A stretch of DNA of 64,000 nt from a virus. The notes under the pieces were generated by a model. It was not told where the DNA came from. It saw only the letters and a program-made list of their open reading frames with translations, and searched no databases. This document shows positions 1 to 10,594 of this stretch, piece by piece (positions within the stretch are counted from its first letter, which is position 1; each line of letters opens with the position of its first letter). The position numbers were made by a program, and so were the translations under genes. The stretch lies in IMG/VR virus record IMGVR_UViG_3300036781_000821, positions 1 through 64,000 of that record; one strand, written 5' to 3'.

Positions 1-261
1 CTCCGTACGGTTAGATGCCGGGTCGCTTCTGCCTGATTTGATCAAACTCGCGCGCCGACCCATCGAAGCCCGAACGGAATGCACCCAACTCTACTTTTTG
101 TCCGGTCTGATACGTTGATGCGGAGCAGCAGTGGCCACCACCCGAACTCATCGACTCCGCCACGCCCAGAAACCGTAGGGGTGTGCGATGGAATCCAGAG
201 GAAGCGAATCGCGCTTCGGATAAAAAAACTGGCGTTCCGAGCGCCAGTGATCGTTCTTGGA

Positions 262-1302
262 TCATCGCAAGATTTGTATCGAGTCGAGTAACTTCTGAAG
301 CTCATCCTCTGAAAGCTGATCTGGTTGCACGCTATCCGAAAGCTCCACGAGTTGCACATCATAGACTCGCCGTCGCAATCGATCGGCGATCTCAACCGCG
401 GCTCCCCTGCCCGCTTCATCGCCATCGAGCATGATCGCAATTTGCGCGAAACGATCCGCGAGAAGATTTTCCTGTGCGATGCTCATAGTCGAACCCATGA
501 GTGCGATACACGGGAATCCCGCTTGCGTCACTTTCATGCAGTCAAAGAATCCTTCGACCAGAACAGCTGATAATTTTGCTTGCACGCGATGCAGGTTATA
601 AAGTTCAAGTGACTTATGAAAACCCGCCGGAAATTTGTAGCGCGGTTCCGTTCCGTCGATTGATCTCCCGGCATAGGCGATGAGTTCGCCGTTCGAATCA
701 TGAATCGGGATCACAATGCGACCATGCATCGATCCCTTGCCGGAAAATAATCCGACGCCGAACGTCTTCGCGATTTCATCGCCCACTCCCCTCTCATAGA
801 GATACGGATGATAGTGATCGATGTTGCGAAGTTCGAACGTAAGCGGAAGATTCGATTCACCCTTCTCCATTCCGTTATTTTTTTCTGAAGCGGAAATTGT
901 TTTGGGTTCCTTGTCTGCGGAAATATTTTCTGCGCGAGCGGATTCCTTGCCAGGCGTTGCCGATTGAACGCCGGCGGCCGGGACGAGAAACCACGTTTGC
1001 AATTTGATTGCAGCATCGCGAATGGAACATTTCTCCATCGCGGCGACGAAGTCGAGTACGTTCCCGCCGACTCGACCTCGCGCCTTGATGCAGGATTGCG
1101 ATTGGCACGCCCAGGCTCCTCCCATCCCCTTGTTCAGAGTGGCGGTGAAACTCTCCGTGCTCTTATCCGAACGGTGCATCGGCAGCGGACATTTTCCCCG
1201 GAGTGTTGTCGGGTTCATGCGCCGCAGCGGGATGCCATAACGTTCGATCGCCATCTGAAGCGTGACTAGTTTTTTGATCTCATCGAAGCTCACCCAATCC
1301 AT
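262..1302 (-). CDS. DnaG-like primase (CHC2 zinc finger + Toprim) of mobile element
   Basis: CPLPMH...WACQSQSC zinc finger, GNVLDFV, RIVIPIHD..G.LIAYAGR, Toprim VLVEGFFD and MLDGDEAG. Confidence 0.88.
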   Translation of the reverse strand: MDWVSFDEIKKLVTLQMAIERYGIPLRRMNPTTLRGKCPLPMHRSDKSTESFTATLNKGMGGAWACQSQSCIKARGRVGGNVLDFVAAMEKCSIRDAAIKLQTWFLVPAAGVQSATPGKESARAENISADKEPKTISASEKNNGMEKGESNLPLTFELRNIDHYHPYLYERGVGDEIAKTFGVGLFSGKGSMHGRIVIPIHDSNGELIAYAGRSIDGTEPRYKFPAGFHKSLELYNLHRVQAKLSAVLVEGFFDCMKVTQAGFPCIALMGSTMSIAQENLLADRFAQIAIMLDGDEAGRGAAVEIADRLRRRVYDVQLVELSDSVQPDQLSEDELQKLLDSIQILR

Positions 1303-1438
1303 TTGTTTTGTTCTCCTTAGGTTGTTGATTTGCGTACTCCGGTAACCCTAAGGCTGATCGCGTGGGCTGTCAAATCCGTGTCGCGGAGATCCTCTTTCAA
1401 GTCGTGAAAAGCGTAAACTCGGCTCGATGTTCCAAATA

Positions 1439-1628
1439 GTGCACTCCGAATGAAAAGTATCGGGAGCCCTTGTTTTTGTTGGTGCACTGCGGATGAAACC
1501 AGCCAGTGCACCAGGAATGAAGTGGTGCACTCGGGATGAAACAATGGTGCACTCGGAATGAAGTTTTAGTGCACTCGGAATGAAGGGATAGTGCACGGCG
1601 AATGAAGTTTCGGTGCACCTCGAAATAA
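1439..1628. repeat. Eight iterons (consensus GTGCACTCGGAATGAA), putative replication origin
   Basis: GTGCAC cores at 1439, 1482, 1506, 1525, 1547, 1569, 1591, 1613; the last five are exactly 22 bp apart; lies between divergent primase and rep genes. Confidence 0.85.
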
Positions 1629-1773
1629 GCGCCGAGTAAATTATTGCCAGATCTTTCAGGCACGCCGCGACGTTTTTGGCTGGTTAGACTTTCTTAGAGT
1701 TCTTAGATAGACCTAAACAATCAACACGCATGTTGTTGATGGAAAAGGAGTTCCATGAAAGAATTAAGGCACT

Positions 1774-3648
1774 ATGAACGATGAGAGGGGAACAACTGAA
1801 AAAGACAACTTTGGGGAAAACGACGGGACCGTACTTCAGGTGTCGGCGGAGACCTTGCCATCGACCGAATTTGTGAAGGTGGAAAAGAATCTGGCGTCGC
1901 TCGGATTCTTCACGCCTTCGAGTAATCGACTCCGAAACACTCAAGAGAAATCGTTTACGATCACGACTGTCGCCGACGGCCAACGGTTAGAGCTGAAGGG
2001 CACCATCATTCCATCCGCGAAATACGGATTGCCGATCACCGCGGACCAGGACAAATGGATAGCACTCTGCAAAATTTTATCGGACATCCTCCAAAGGGAG
2101 GGGCAGGTGACGAACCCGGTCTCGTTCACTTCCGCGGACATCCTCCGGCTCCTTCATAAGCATCGGCACAGCGGAAAGAATTATCGCGAAATCGAAGAGT
2201 GGCTCGATGTGCTTTTTTCAACGACGATCTTCTCTGAAGGTGTTGTGTATCTCGCCAAAGAAAAGCGCCGCGTCAAAGATCGATTTCGCGTCTTCGATCG
2301 CGTGGTGAGCTTCGGCAAAGAACTTGCTGACGGAAAAGTTGCCGACAAGAATTACGTGTGGCTTTCCGACTGGCAGATACAGAACATCAACAACAACCAT
2401 TTGCTCCCGATCGACCTTGAAGCGTACCGCGAATTAAGAAACCACATCGCGAAAGCACTCGTGCCTCTTCTGCAGATTTGGCTCTACGCGACGCGAGACA
2501 AAGGTGTGTTTGAAAAACGATACAGTGAACTGTGCGAGATCCTGAACATCCGGCAGTACCAATACCGCTCACTCATCGTACAGACCCTCGGTCCATCTCT
2601 CGACGAGTTGAAACAGTTCGGCTATTTGGCAGACTGGCAGATCGCGGACACAAGCGACAAACACGGATACAAAATCATTTTGTATCACGGCGAGAAGTTC
2701 CATCGCGATCGCCGCGCTCGACTAACAAAACAGCGAACGCAGGCCGATTCGTCGCTACCCCGTCTCTACGATGATCGCGCGCGGCCGGCCGCGCCGCGCG
2801 AGCATGGAATTCGAACGCCACAATCACACACCCACGCTCGGCCGGAAAAAGTGTTCGATCCAGACCTCATCGCCGAGTTTGTCCGGCGGGGGATTACTGA
2901 AAAGAAAGCCGAGAACCTTCTCGCGAATCTGAAGACCGGCCAAGAACAGAACCTCATCGCGCAGTTGGAGCACGCCGAATACAGCGTCTTGCATTCGCGA
3001 ACGCCGATCGACAATCCCGCCGGTTTCATCATCTACCTTATCGAAATGAACACGCCGGTTCCCGATGGATTCGAGACGAGTGCGAAGCGCATCGCACGAG
3101 AAACAAGAGAACGCCGGGATCATGCGCAACGGGATGCCGAGGACGCGCGGGAACAACTGGAACTCGCGTACGAGGAATATCGCGACGCCGAAGTCGATCA
3201 ATACATCCGGGAGAATGCCGACGCTTTCGAAGCGATGAAGGATGCCAAGTGGAAAGAAGACCAGGCGCGGTTCAGCTTCGCAACCGAGAGCATGGCGCGA
3301 ATGGAAATCCGATATCAGATCCGCGGGCAACTGCCTCTCCTCACCTTCGAGGAATTCTTGACCCGAAGAGAGCAGGGGGGCGATTTTTCCTTGAAACTAG
3401 TTGCGCACTCCCCAGTCGCCGAGTCCCTCCTCGTCATCGCGCCGCCCGAAGAGTTGATCGCCGCGCAGGATCCTTCGAGTGTTCCAGCGGATCTTCCGGA
3501 AGCGGCTCCGGCGGGCGACTCGGCGAACGCACCCGAAGTTGAACCGGAAACGAACCTGGCAATGCCGGAGCCGATGATGATCCAACTCGCCTCCGAACCT
3601 CCTTACCTGGAACCGGGAGAGGCCCCCTCCGAGACAGGTCTCGCGTAG
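1774..3648 (+). CDS. Plasmid replication initiator (RepA-like) with long C-terminal extension
   Basis: EKNLASLGFF, YGLPITADQDKWIAL, IDLEAYRELRNHIAKAL, SLDELKQFGYL winged-helix Rep-type motifs; adjacent iterons. Confidence 0.75.
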   Translation: MNDERGTTEKDNFGENDGTVLQVSAETLPSTEFVKVEKNLASLGFFTPSSNRLRNTQEKSFTITTVADGQRLELKGTIIPSAKYGLPITADQDKWIALCKILSDILQREGQVTNPVSFTSADILRLLHKHRHSGKNYREIEEWLDVLFSTTIFSEGVVYLAKEKRRVKDRFRVFDRVVSFGKELADGKVADKNYVWLSDWQIQNINNNHLLPIDLEAYRELRNHIAKALVPLLQIWLYATRDKGVFEKRYSELCEILNIRQYQYRSLIVQTLGPSLDELKQFGYLADWQIADTSDKHGYKIILYHGEKFHRDRRARLTKQRTQADSSLPRLYDDRARPAAPREHGIRTPQSHTHARPEKVFDPDLIAEFVRRGITEKKAENLLANLKTGQEQNLIAQLEHAEYSVLHSRTPIDNPAGFIIYLIEMNTPVPDGFETSAKRIARETRERRDHAQRDAEDAREQLELAYEEYRDAEVDQYIRENADAFEAMKDAKWKEDQARFSFATESMARMEIRYQIRGQLPLLTFEEFLTRREQGGDFSLKLVAHSPVAESLLVIAPPEELIAAQDPSSVPADLPEAAPAGDSANAPEVEPETNLAMPEPMMIQLASEPPYLEPGEAPSETGLA

Positions 3649-4081
3649 GAGACCGATGCCTATCGGCTCCCCATCTCGCCGGTTCAGGGTATGGGGCAGG
3701 GTATAGGGCGCGGTCTAGAGTCGTCCCCATACCCTCGAAAACTGGCGCGCGGCCGAATGGCCGCGTAAATAGTCGGCTAGCGCCAGAACTGGGGCGCGCA
3801 CCCGTTGCCGTCTTACCGCCGGCTGCCCGTATTTTCGGCAAGGGCCGCTCCACTATCGTTTCGGGATGACCGTCTTACCAGACGATCACCAAAATACGGG
3901 CAGCCGGCGCTATCGCCCTGCCGACCGCGCCCATGGGCGCGGCGGCGCTCCGCTGACCGCTTCGGGCAACGGGTGCGCGGAACTGGCTTAACGGGTTCCT
4001 TGAAAACCGGCAACTAATTCATTGCCGGAATCCTGCGAACTAGTTTCAGGAGAACTAATGACCGGTTGGGGGCGAATCGAT

Positions 4082-4110
4082 TTGACACCCTGCCACACGG
4101 CCGTATTATT
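4082..4110 (+). promoter_or_regulatory. Putative sigma70 promoter
   Basis: TTGACA-N16-TATTAT just upstream of ORF 4119. Confidence 0.45.
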
Positions 4111-4118
4111 AGTCCAAT

Positions 4119-4442
4119 ATGACAAAACCCAAAAAAGGAGGAGCAAAAAAGAAGGCGATGACGTTGGAGGATTTTGCCGGAGCGATCCAGAAGGACCTTG
4201 CACGCATGGCGACCAAGGACGGTCTGGAACAGTTGGCGACCAAGAAGGATCTCGAACGGTTCGCAACGAAGGAAGATCTGACGACCGGCTTGTCCGACGT
4301 TAGCGACAAGATCGCCGTGGCCAAAGAAAATCTGCAGGACCAGATCGCGGGTCTTCGGTACGCGAAAGAAATCGACGAGCTTCGGGAACGGGTCAACACG
4401 CTCGAAGGCAAAGTGGGCATCAAGCCCGCCCGCGCGGCATAA
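4119..4442 (+). CDS. Small coiled-coil protein with ATK(D/K/E)DL repeats
   Basis: MATKDGLEQLATKKDLERFATKEDL repeats followed by heptad coiled coil. Confidence 0.7.
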   Translation: MTKPKKGGAKKKAMTLEDFAGAIQKDLARMATKDGLEQLATKKDLERFATKEDLTTGLSDVSDKIAVAKENLQDQIAGLRYAKEIDELRERVNTLEGKVGIKPARAA

Positions 4443-4458
4443 CTTACTCGCCCCTCCC

Positions 4459-4668
4459 ATGACGATCACGAAGTGCGACATCTGCGCCAAGCAAATCAAA
4501 CGGGAAGATATTGAACTTTCCGTGTCTGTATGTACGCCGGCCGACTTTTCCAGCCACACCATCTGCAGCGCGTGCGGCACATCCATTCTGGCGTTTCTCA
4601 ATGACCACTGGTTGTTTGCTGAGGGTGACGACCGCCGCAAGCGACGCTCCCGCCGCCGCTCGGCATAA
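4459..4668 (+). CDS. Small zinc-ribbon protein
   Basis: CDIC...CSAC pair. Confidence 0.55.
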   Translation: MTITKCDICAKQIKREDIELSVSVCTPADFSSHTICSACGTSILAFLNDHWLFAEGDDRRKRRSRRRSA

Positions 4669-4855
4669 TCCCGCGATGGCGACGATCGAATTCACGGTTT
4701 CAATCATTCGGAAAGGGAAGGACATTACCTTGCGCGAGGCAGTGAGCTTTCCATTGTCGGCGCGCCGGCTACCCTTGACGCCCGCTGACCAGCTCGCACT
4801 GAAGAAGGCCTAAATACCCGATTGCCGGCCGCATACATAGCGTCCGCAGGGACGC

Positions 4856-5560
4856 TTATCCCTGGCGGGTGGGATCGAACAATTTGCTCATCCCGGGGTC
4901 CAGCGCAGCAAGGAATTCAGCTATCAGTTGCTCAATGAGTACGAATTGCTCCGCCGGGTTCCACACGCGGTGTGGGGGTTCTTCGAATTTGAAACGTTCC
5001 CTAGTGAGATGTGCCAGGCGCCAATCGAGCATGTCCCGATACTCCTGGAGCCAGTCAGGTGCTTCGAGTAGCCGCTGGAAACTCGGCAACAGCTTACTGA
5101 CGTCCGGCAGATAATCGTAAACAAAAACGTCCTCGTGATGACTCTTTGAATGATTCCCACGTGGATAGAAAAACTCCAGCAGCAAGCGGAAATGCAATAG
5201 GCAGGATTCCCGTATCATCGCATCCGCCGGCACGCCGTACTTGGAAGCCCCCCACAGGGAAACTCCATTTCTAAATCGGTTGATCTCGAAACTGAGATGC
5301 TTCTTCATCATGCGTTCGAGTTCATCGAGTGTCGGTTCCGATCGAGGTTTCATTTTGCGGAACGCCATCTTGACTTGCTGATACGTTGAAGATCGCCGCC
5401 ACGATTCGATCGCCACTGGCTCGCCGTAAATGCACTCCCGTATGGTCGCTTCTGCCGCGTGCATATCCCGCGCGTGGCTAAGCCGCGGTGCCACGAGTGG
5501 ATGCTGCCTCAGTCTTTTTTCCAGGGCTGGCATTCCCGAATCCAGGTGAACTTCCGACAT
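4856..5560 (-). CDS. Hypothetical helical protein, possible HEPN-like
   Basis: ESCLLHFRLLLEFF and RDMLDWRLAHLT segments resemble HEPN patterns; start reassigned to ATG 5560. Confidence 0.45.
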   Translation of the reverse strand: MSEVHLDSGMPALEKRLRQHPLVAPRLSHARDMHAAEATIRECIYGEPVAIESWRRSSTYQQVKMAFRKMKPRSEPTLDELERMMKKHLSFEINRFRNGVSLWGASKYGVPADAMIRESCLLHFRLLLEFFYPRGNHSKSHHEDVFVYDYLPDVSKLLPSFQRLLEAPDWLQEYRDMLDWRLAHLTRERFKFEEPPHRVWNPAEQFVLIEQLIAEFLAALDPGMSKLFDPTRQG

Positions 5561-5643
5561 GAAAAACCTCCTTCCCACATTCTCACACACAAACACACAC
5601 AATCACAATCGGGATCTAGGCTCTTCCGTGTTGATTAAGTCAC

Positions 5644-5673
5644 TTGACATGTAGAGCTGTATGGCTGTATAAC
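5644..5673 (+). promoter_or_regulatory. sigma70 promoter overlapped by 8-bp-periodic TGTA repeats (possible RHH operator)
   Basis: TTGACA(5644)-N18-TATAAC(5668); GCTGTAT at 5656 and 5664. Confidence 0.6.
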
Positions 5674-5690
5674 TTGTTTTAGGAAATCTC

Positions 5691-6200
5691 TTGAGTGAAC
5701 ACAAGAAGGCGACGTTCAATCTTGATGCCGATCTTCATCAGCATCTGAAGGTTTCGGCAGCTATTCAACGACGCGAGATGGTAGGGTTGCTGGAAGAGGC
5801 GCTTCAAAGCTACTTCGGGTGGAACCGTATGACTGACATTGAAACCAAGGAACTGAAGGTCTACGAACTGGCGGACTCGCAAGGTAAAGGCCAAGAAGCA
5901 CAACTTGACTTCGGTTCCTGTGCGAGTGCGCTGGGGTGCAACGGGAGCGATCGTACGATAGCCGCGCAGCTCCTACAGTATCTTGATGCCGAGGGCAGGA
6001 TCATGGTTGATGTTTGGGACAGCAAGCAGTACAAACCCCTGAGATCTTTTCCAGATGCGCACGCTGTCGATAGGAATGGAGGATACCTCCACGTGCGGTT
6101 GACCGTACCAGGTCGGATTCGGCAAGAACAGTTGCAGCAGCGCCAACGCTTTGAAACCGCCCAATACACGACCCATCCGCCACAGGCTCCCGGAGCCTAA
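5691..6200 (+). CDS. Ribbon-helix-helix (ParG/CopG-like) N-terminal domain protein
   Basis: KKATFNLDADLHQHLKVSAAIQRREMVGLLEEALQSYF is a typical RHH signature. Confidence 0.65.
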   Translation: MSEHKKATFNLDADLHQHLKVSAAIQRREMVGLLEEALQSYFGWNRMTDIETKELKVYELADSQGKGQEAQLDFGSCASALGCNGSDRTIAAQLLQYLDAEGRIMVDVWDSKQYKPLRSFPDAHAVDRNGGYLHVRLTVPGRIRQEQLQQRQRFETAQYTTHPPQAPGA

Positions 6201-6385
6201 ATCCCACCCGCACCTCACCCAGCGTGATCTCGCCGCCCGTGCGGTCGAGCATCGTGGTCCGTGGCCAGAAGGATCGGTGCTCATCGAAATTTGACCGATG
6301 GCATCACTTCGAGTTAGCGTTTTCGGAGTTCTTCCCACCGCTCTGCCAGCCGGCATGAGCAATCTCATCCGAAAGAGGACTCCGC

Positions 6386-7250
6386 ATGACTGAACCGCTC
6401 CTGTCACCGACAAGCAAGCTCGCCGTGCCGCTCGTATCCGCGACACCGAGACGTTTCATCAATCAGGTCGTGAACGCCGATTGTCTGACCCTCAGCGGAC
6501 ACCACGATCCGGCCATACGTGGACACCAAAAATGCGGCCAAGGAAAGTGGACCCCACAGCGGTTTTCGGAGCCCTACACACACAATAGGAGGCAGTCACT
6601 CTTGAACTTGGGGACTCTGTCCCCAAGCCCCTGGGATTTAACGCATTCGGGCCAGGATTCCCGCACGGACTCACGTATAACCCTGAGGCTCCGGGCGGCA
6701 ACGAGGCCCGGCTCTGCAGCCAGCGATCCGTTGGCCGCATTTTTGGTGTCCACGTATGGCCGCATTTCAGGTGTCCACTGAGGGTCTGACCATTCTTCCG
6801 CAGATCCCAAGTCGAAGCATCGATTTCGTGCTGACGGACCCGCCCTATCTCGCGCACTATCTCGACCGCACGGGGCGCACCGTACAAAACGATCGCCGCG
6901 ACGCCTGGCTTGTTCCCGCTTTCGCCGAAATTTCCCGCGTGCTCAAACCCGGCCGCTTCTGCGTCAGCTTCTACGGCTGGCCCAAAGCCGACAAGTTTCT
7001 TGCGGCATGGAAAGCCGCGGGATTGCGGCCCGTGGGCCATTTAGTCTGGTCGAAGCGCTACGCATCCGCCAAGCGTTTCGTTGCCTACTGTCACGAACAA
7101 GCGTATCTCCTGGCAAAGGGGAATCCCGCTCAGCCGGCTCGCCCGATCCGCGACGTGCTCCCGTGGCACTACACCGGGAACCGCCTGCACCCGACGCAAA
7201 AGCCGGTACCGTCGCTGAAGCCGGTAATTGAAGCCTTCACCGACCAGGGC
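6386..7250 (+). pseudogene. Plasmid-type amino-DNA methyltransferase, interrupted by MITE and 3'-truncated
   Basis: NQVVNADCL|TILPQIPSRSIDFVLTDPPY...HPTQKP; split by insertion at 6490-6783; SAM-binding DPFxGSG motif absent after IEAFTDQG. Confidence 0.85.
6490..6783. mobile_element. 294-bp non-autonomous IS21-like MITE with 7-bp target duplication
   Basis: Terminal IRs CCTCAGCGGACACC / GGTGTCCACTGAGG with repeated GGACACC..GGCCA subterminal units; GTCTGAC duplicated at 6483-6489 and 6784-6790; no transposase. Confidence 0.85.
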
Positions 7251-7307
7251 ATTTCTACTGTAAGAGAAGCGGATGACTGGAAGGAAGCACGGGAGCTGGT
7301 GGCTGGA

Positions 7308-7545
7308 TTATTTAGCAGATCGCCACGTGCCAAAAAACAAATCGTCAGCCCACCGTCGTCCCCCTTCTTTCATTGCGGTTGCGGGAGTTGCTTGTAAGAA
7401 TCGTCTAATCTCGTCTCGGCCATACCGGTGGCTGAGCCATCGCCAATCATCGAAGTTGCCCTCGTTGATGAGTCGAATGATTATGGTCTCTTTATCACCG
7501 TGTGGATCGAGATCCGGGAACCGGAACAACCAAGGCCGAGGCTCG
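7308..7545 (-). pseudogene. DUF6922-like protein (fragment; family usually paired with AbiEii nucleotidyltransferases)
   Basis: LDPHGDKETIIIRLINEGNFDDWRWLSHRYGRDEIRRFL pattern; no clear start. Confidence 0.5.
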
Positions 7546-7624
7546 CAGGCTTCGGACGGGTGAGATTTGGGCTTGGTTGTACGGTGAGTGGGGGGCATAC
7601 GAGGGAAAGATATTGCGCTGCGGT

Positions 7625-8279
7625 GGGTACACTTTACCTCGGAGCGGAAAGAATCTGGAAGAGCAGTGACTTCGTGGGCACCAAGCTGCCGACCACTCTC
7701 GAAGGGGCGACCGTCACTTTTAATGACATCCCAGCGGCGATCTACTACGTCAGGCCAACTCAACTGAACGTCCAGGTGCCCGACGGTCTGCCAAATGGTG
7801 GGGTCACGGTCAAAGTGACGACGTCGAATGGCTCGGTAACTGCAGGCGTGCAGCACGCAACTGTCGCGCCCGGTCTATTCATCAGCACCCAACTCAAAGC
7901 GAATGACGGCACCATCTACTACTACCCGGCCGCTGTCCACACAGATGGAACTCTGGTGGGCCGCGACTTTATCATTGCCGGCTCTCGCCCCGTCGTTGCC
8001 GGAGAAACCATCCTGGTCTTTGGTACCGGCTATGGGCCGTCGATTCCGCCGCAACCCTCCGGCCTTCTGGTCAATGCGTCGCCACTTGGTGGTCTTGTCA
8101 CTGTCAGCATGGCTGGCAATCGCGCGCTCGTACAATCGGCCACGCTGGTCTCCCCAGGCCTCTACCAATTCAATATGATTGTTCCGCTAGGCCTCAATTC
8201 CGGCTTTGACTATGCAATGCAGATCGGGTTCTTGGGTGGGGCACAGTCGCAGGTGGGAATCTATCTCCCTATTCAGTAG
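7625..8279 (+). pseudogene. TIGR03437-type Solibacter/Bryobacter C-terminal domain, N-terminally truncated
   Basis: LPTTLEGATVTFN..AAIYYV.PTQLNVQVP, APGLF, GETILVFGTGYGP, PGLYQFN. Confidence 0.75.
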
Positions 8280-8320
8280 AAGTTGACGCCGCTACCTGAA
8301 TCGCCAACAAGCGCACTCAT

Positions 8321-8347
8321 AAGAAAAGGGCAGGAAGATCCTGCCCT
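8321..8347 (-). terminator. Rho-independent terminator of DUF932 gene
   Basis: AGGGCAGGA/TCCTGCCCT stem followed by T-tract on minus strand, 9 nt after stop. Confidence 0.65.
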
Positions 8348-8355
8348 CGAATTTG

Positions 8356-9096
8356 TTAACCGCCGCGAGCCCCACTCCGCGCAGGAGACACCCGCTCCAG
8401 AAACGAGCCGAGCCTGGCCGTCGCCCGGAACTGCGGAACTGCCTCCAACTCCTTGAATGCCGACGTAAAGGCGTTCGACAAACTCCACATAGTCCGCGGC
8501 TGGAACTCTTCCACCTGCGGGTCGAAGTAGTTACCGTGAACCAGGCGTGCCAAATGGCGCGGCACCTCCAGTTCACTCTCAACGAACGCCTGGTAGATGA
8601 CGAGCTTGGCAGTCACGTCCGAAATCTGGCTCTCCCGCCACACCTCGATCTGCCTTTGCATCGGTTCGAAATTCCGCTGCATTCGATCCACACCAATCGA
8701 TAGAGCATCGACGAGCGAAAAGCTTTTCGAGTGCTTGGCTAAGACAGGTGTAAAGTCCCCGCTGAAGGCCATATTGTCGCAAACCAAGACCCGATAGCCG
8801 ACAGTAAGCGCAAGACGCATCGACTTGTCGTTGGCATTGCGTAGGCCGATGGAAAACCGGCAACCATGCATGCCTGTTTCGAGGTCCATGACGCCAAACA
8901 TGCGCATGCCATCGTGCGAAACAGCGTACTCGTCACGAACCACGCCGATGTGCCGGAAGCCCAACGTCTCGACCACCGCCTGGACAATCTCGTGATGTGG
9001 GATTGGTTGATGAGTTCTCGTAGATTCCGGGACGGGAATGTGTTGCAAATCCGCCCTGGTGATCTTTCCTGTCTGGGAAAGTAAAGTTGCGGTCAT
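8356..9096 (-). CDS. DUF932 family protein (mobile-element leading-region type)
   Basis: THQPIPHHE, IGLRNANDKS, GYRVLVCDNMAF, RTMWSLSNAFT. Confidence 0.85.
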   Translation of the reverse strand: MTATLLSQTGKITRADLQHIPVPESTRTHQPIPHHEIVQAVVETLGFRHIGVVRDEYAVSHDGMRMFGVMDLETGMHGCRFSIGLRNANDKSMRLALTVGYRVLVCDNMAFSGDFTPVLAKHSKSFSLVDALSIGVDRMQRNFEPMQRQIEVWRESQISDVTAKLVIYQAFVESELEVPRHLARLVHGNYFDPQVEEFQPRTMWSLSNAFTSAFKELEAVPQFRATARLGSFLERVSPARSGARGG

Positions 9097-9757
9097 AAAG
9101 AACGTACTCCTTTGTGATGTTCAGGCGAGGTCAAGCCTCACCTTCCGCGATTCACTCTAGGCTGCCAGGCCACGATGAGAAAGAGGACTAAACTTGCCCA
9201 AAGCGCAAGGAGGCGATGGCTCCAGCTGCATCCATTGGAGATGGACCGGCTCGTCGTTCCCGCTCTTTCGGGCATAATCCGCCGTCCGCTACGGCCATGA
9301 AGAGAGGCGGTGCTGGATCGCGAAAAAGCGCTTCGGTGAAGGGGACGAATGACGATAGGTTCTCGACTCCGCACTGATGATGCGTACTGGAGCAGTTGGA
9401 AGAGAACCGGGATCAGCCAAGCGCTCTCTTCACCGCTCGTTGATCGGACCGGTGGGCCGAGCGGCGCTTCCAGTAAGCCTTAAGCCGCGGGTAAATTGAC
9501 GCGGCCTGGACCGATAGGTTCACCGATGGAACAAAGCAAATCAGAGTGTTTTGTGATAACTAGCATCCCGGAACGCCGACCAACAAGAAGAATCGAAGAG
9601 AGAACACAAATAAGGCGATCAACGTGTCTCGTTTTGACTTCTGTGCGTGCTCATTGCTAGGATGAGTCGTCGTGTTTCCCGAGAAAGCATTTGGAGCTAC
9701 ACGATATAACTCTTTGAAATCGTTTCCTAATCTGAATGTCCGAATTGGAGGTGGATC

Positions 9758-10594
9758 GTGCCTCTTCCTGCGTGGCTGGATGCACTTCGCCAAACGGAGG
9801 TCATAGCTGCCGTTCGTAGCCTGCCGGAGACAGGTGGAAATCATTTCCGCGGTCTCCATAAGGATGAAGTCGTTAACCTAGTAATCGGGGGCGGTCAGGC
9901 TGATTTCGACCTGCCGTACAAGCACCTCACCGCCAGGGATCGGGCGCTGCTCTACGCCTACTTTAACCAGCTTGGACATCTTGAGGAACTTCACGAAGCG
10001 TTCACGCAGCTCTTCGGCACAGGGCGACCAGATCAGCCACTCATCGTAGTAGACGTGGGGTGCGGACCGTTTACTGGCGGACTGGCTCTGGCAGCCGTCC
10101 TCGGCCCTGAGATTCCATTCAGCTATATTGGCGTTGATCGCTCATTAGCGATGCGCGAATTAGGCGAGCACTTCGCTAGCGCTGCGGAGCGCGTTGGCGC
10201 GTTCAATTGCGCTGGGCGGAAGTGGGTACAAGACGTAAACGCCATTGACTGGACCAACGCACCAGGATGGCGCCCAGTTCTGGTTATTGCGTCTTATCTT
10301 TTGGCGAGCCCAACGCTGAATGCGGAAGCCCTAGTTGCGGAGCTCGATCTACTTTACACACGTTTCGGAAGGGGATCCGTGACAATTTTGTACACCAACT
10401 CGCCGAACTCTACACCGAATCGGAGCTTTGCGGCTTTCAGAGCAGCCCTCGAAATGCGGGGCTTCGCCGTAATCGCTGACGATCATGGATCGATCACTAT
10501 CAACCGGTACCAGGGCTCTAAGGAACGAAAACTCCGGTATGCGCTGCTCCATCGCGGAGAACAGCGGATTCTCGATGTCCAGGAACCCCGATGA
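9758..10594 (+). CDS. Class I SAM-dependent methyltransferase (Rsm22-like)
   Basis: LLYAYFN..H, IVVDVGCGPFTGG motif I, YIGVDRS motif II. Confidence 0.75.
   Translation: MPLPAWLDALRQTEVIAAVRSLPETGGNHFRGLHKDEVVNLVIGGGQADFDLPYKHLTARDRALLYAYFNQLGHLEELHEAFTQLFGTGRPDQPLIVVDVGCGPFTGGLALAAVLGPEIPFSYIGVDRSLAMRELGEHFASAAERVGAFNCAGRKWVQDVNAIDWTNAPGWRPVLVIASYLLASPTLNAEALVAELDLLYTRFGRGSVTILYTNSPNSTPNRSFAAFRAALEMRGFAVIADDHGSITINRYQGSKERKLRYALLHRGEQRILDVQEPR

Noticed and set aside
1439-1628. Possible CRISPR array
   Set aside because: Spacers are mostly 3-8 nt and repeats are degenerate; no cas genes; position next to rep fits iterons.
6386-6781. Transposase ORF in the MITE
   Set aside because: It is methylase N-terminus read-through with no DDE or IstB motifs.
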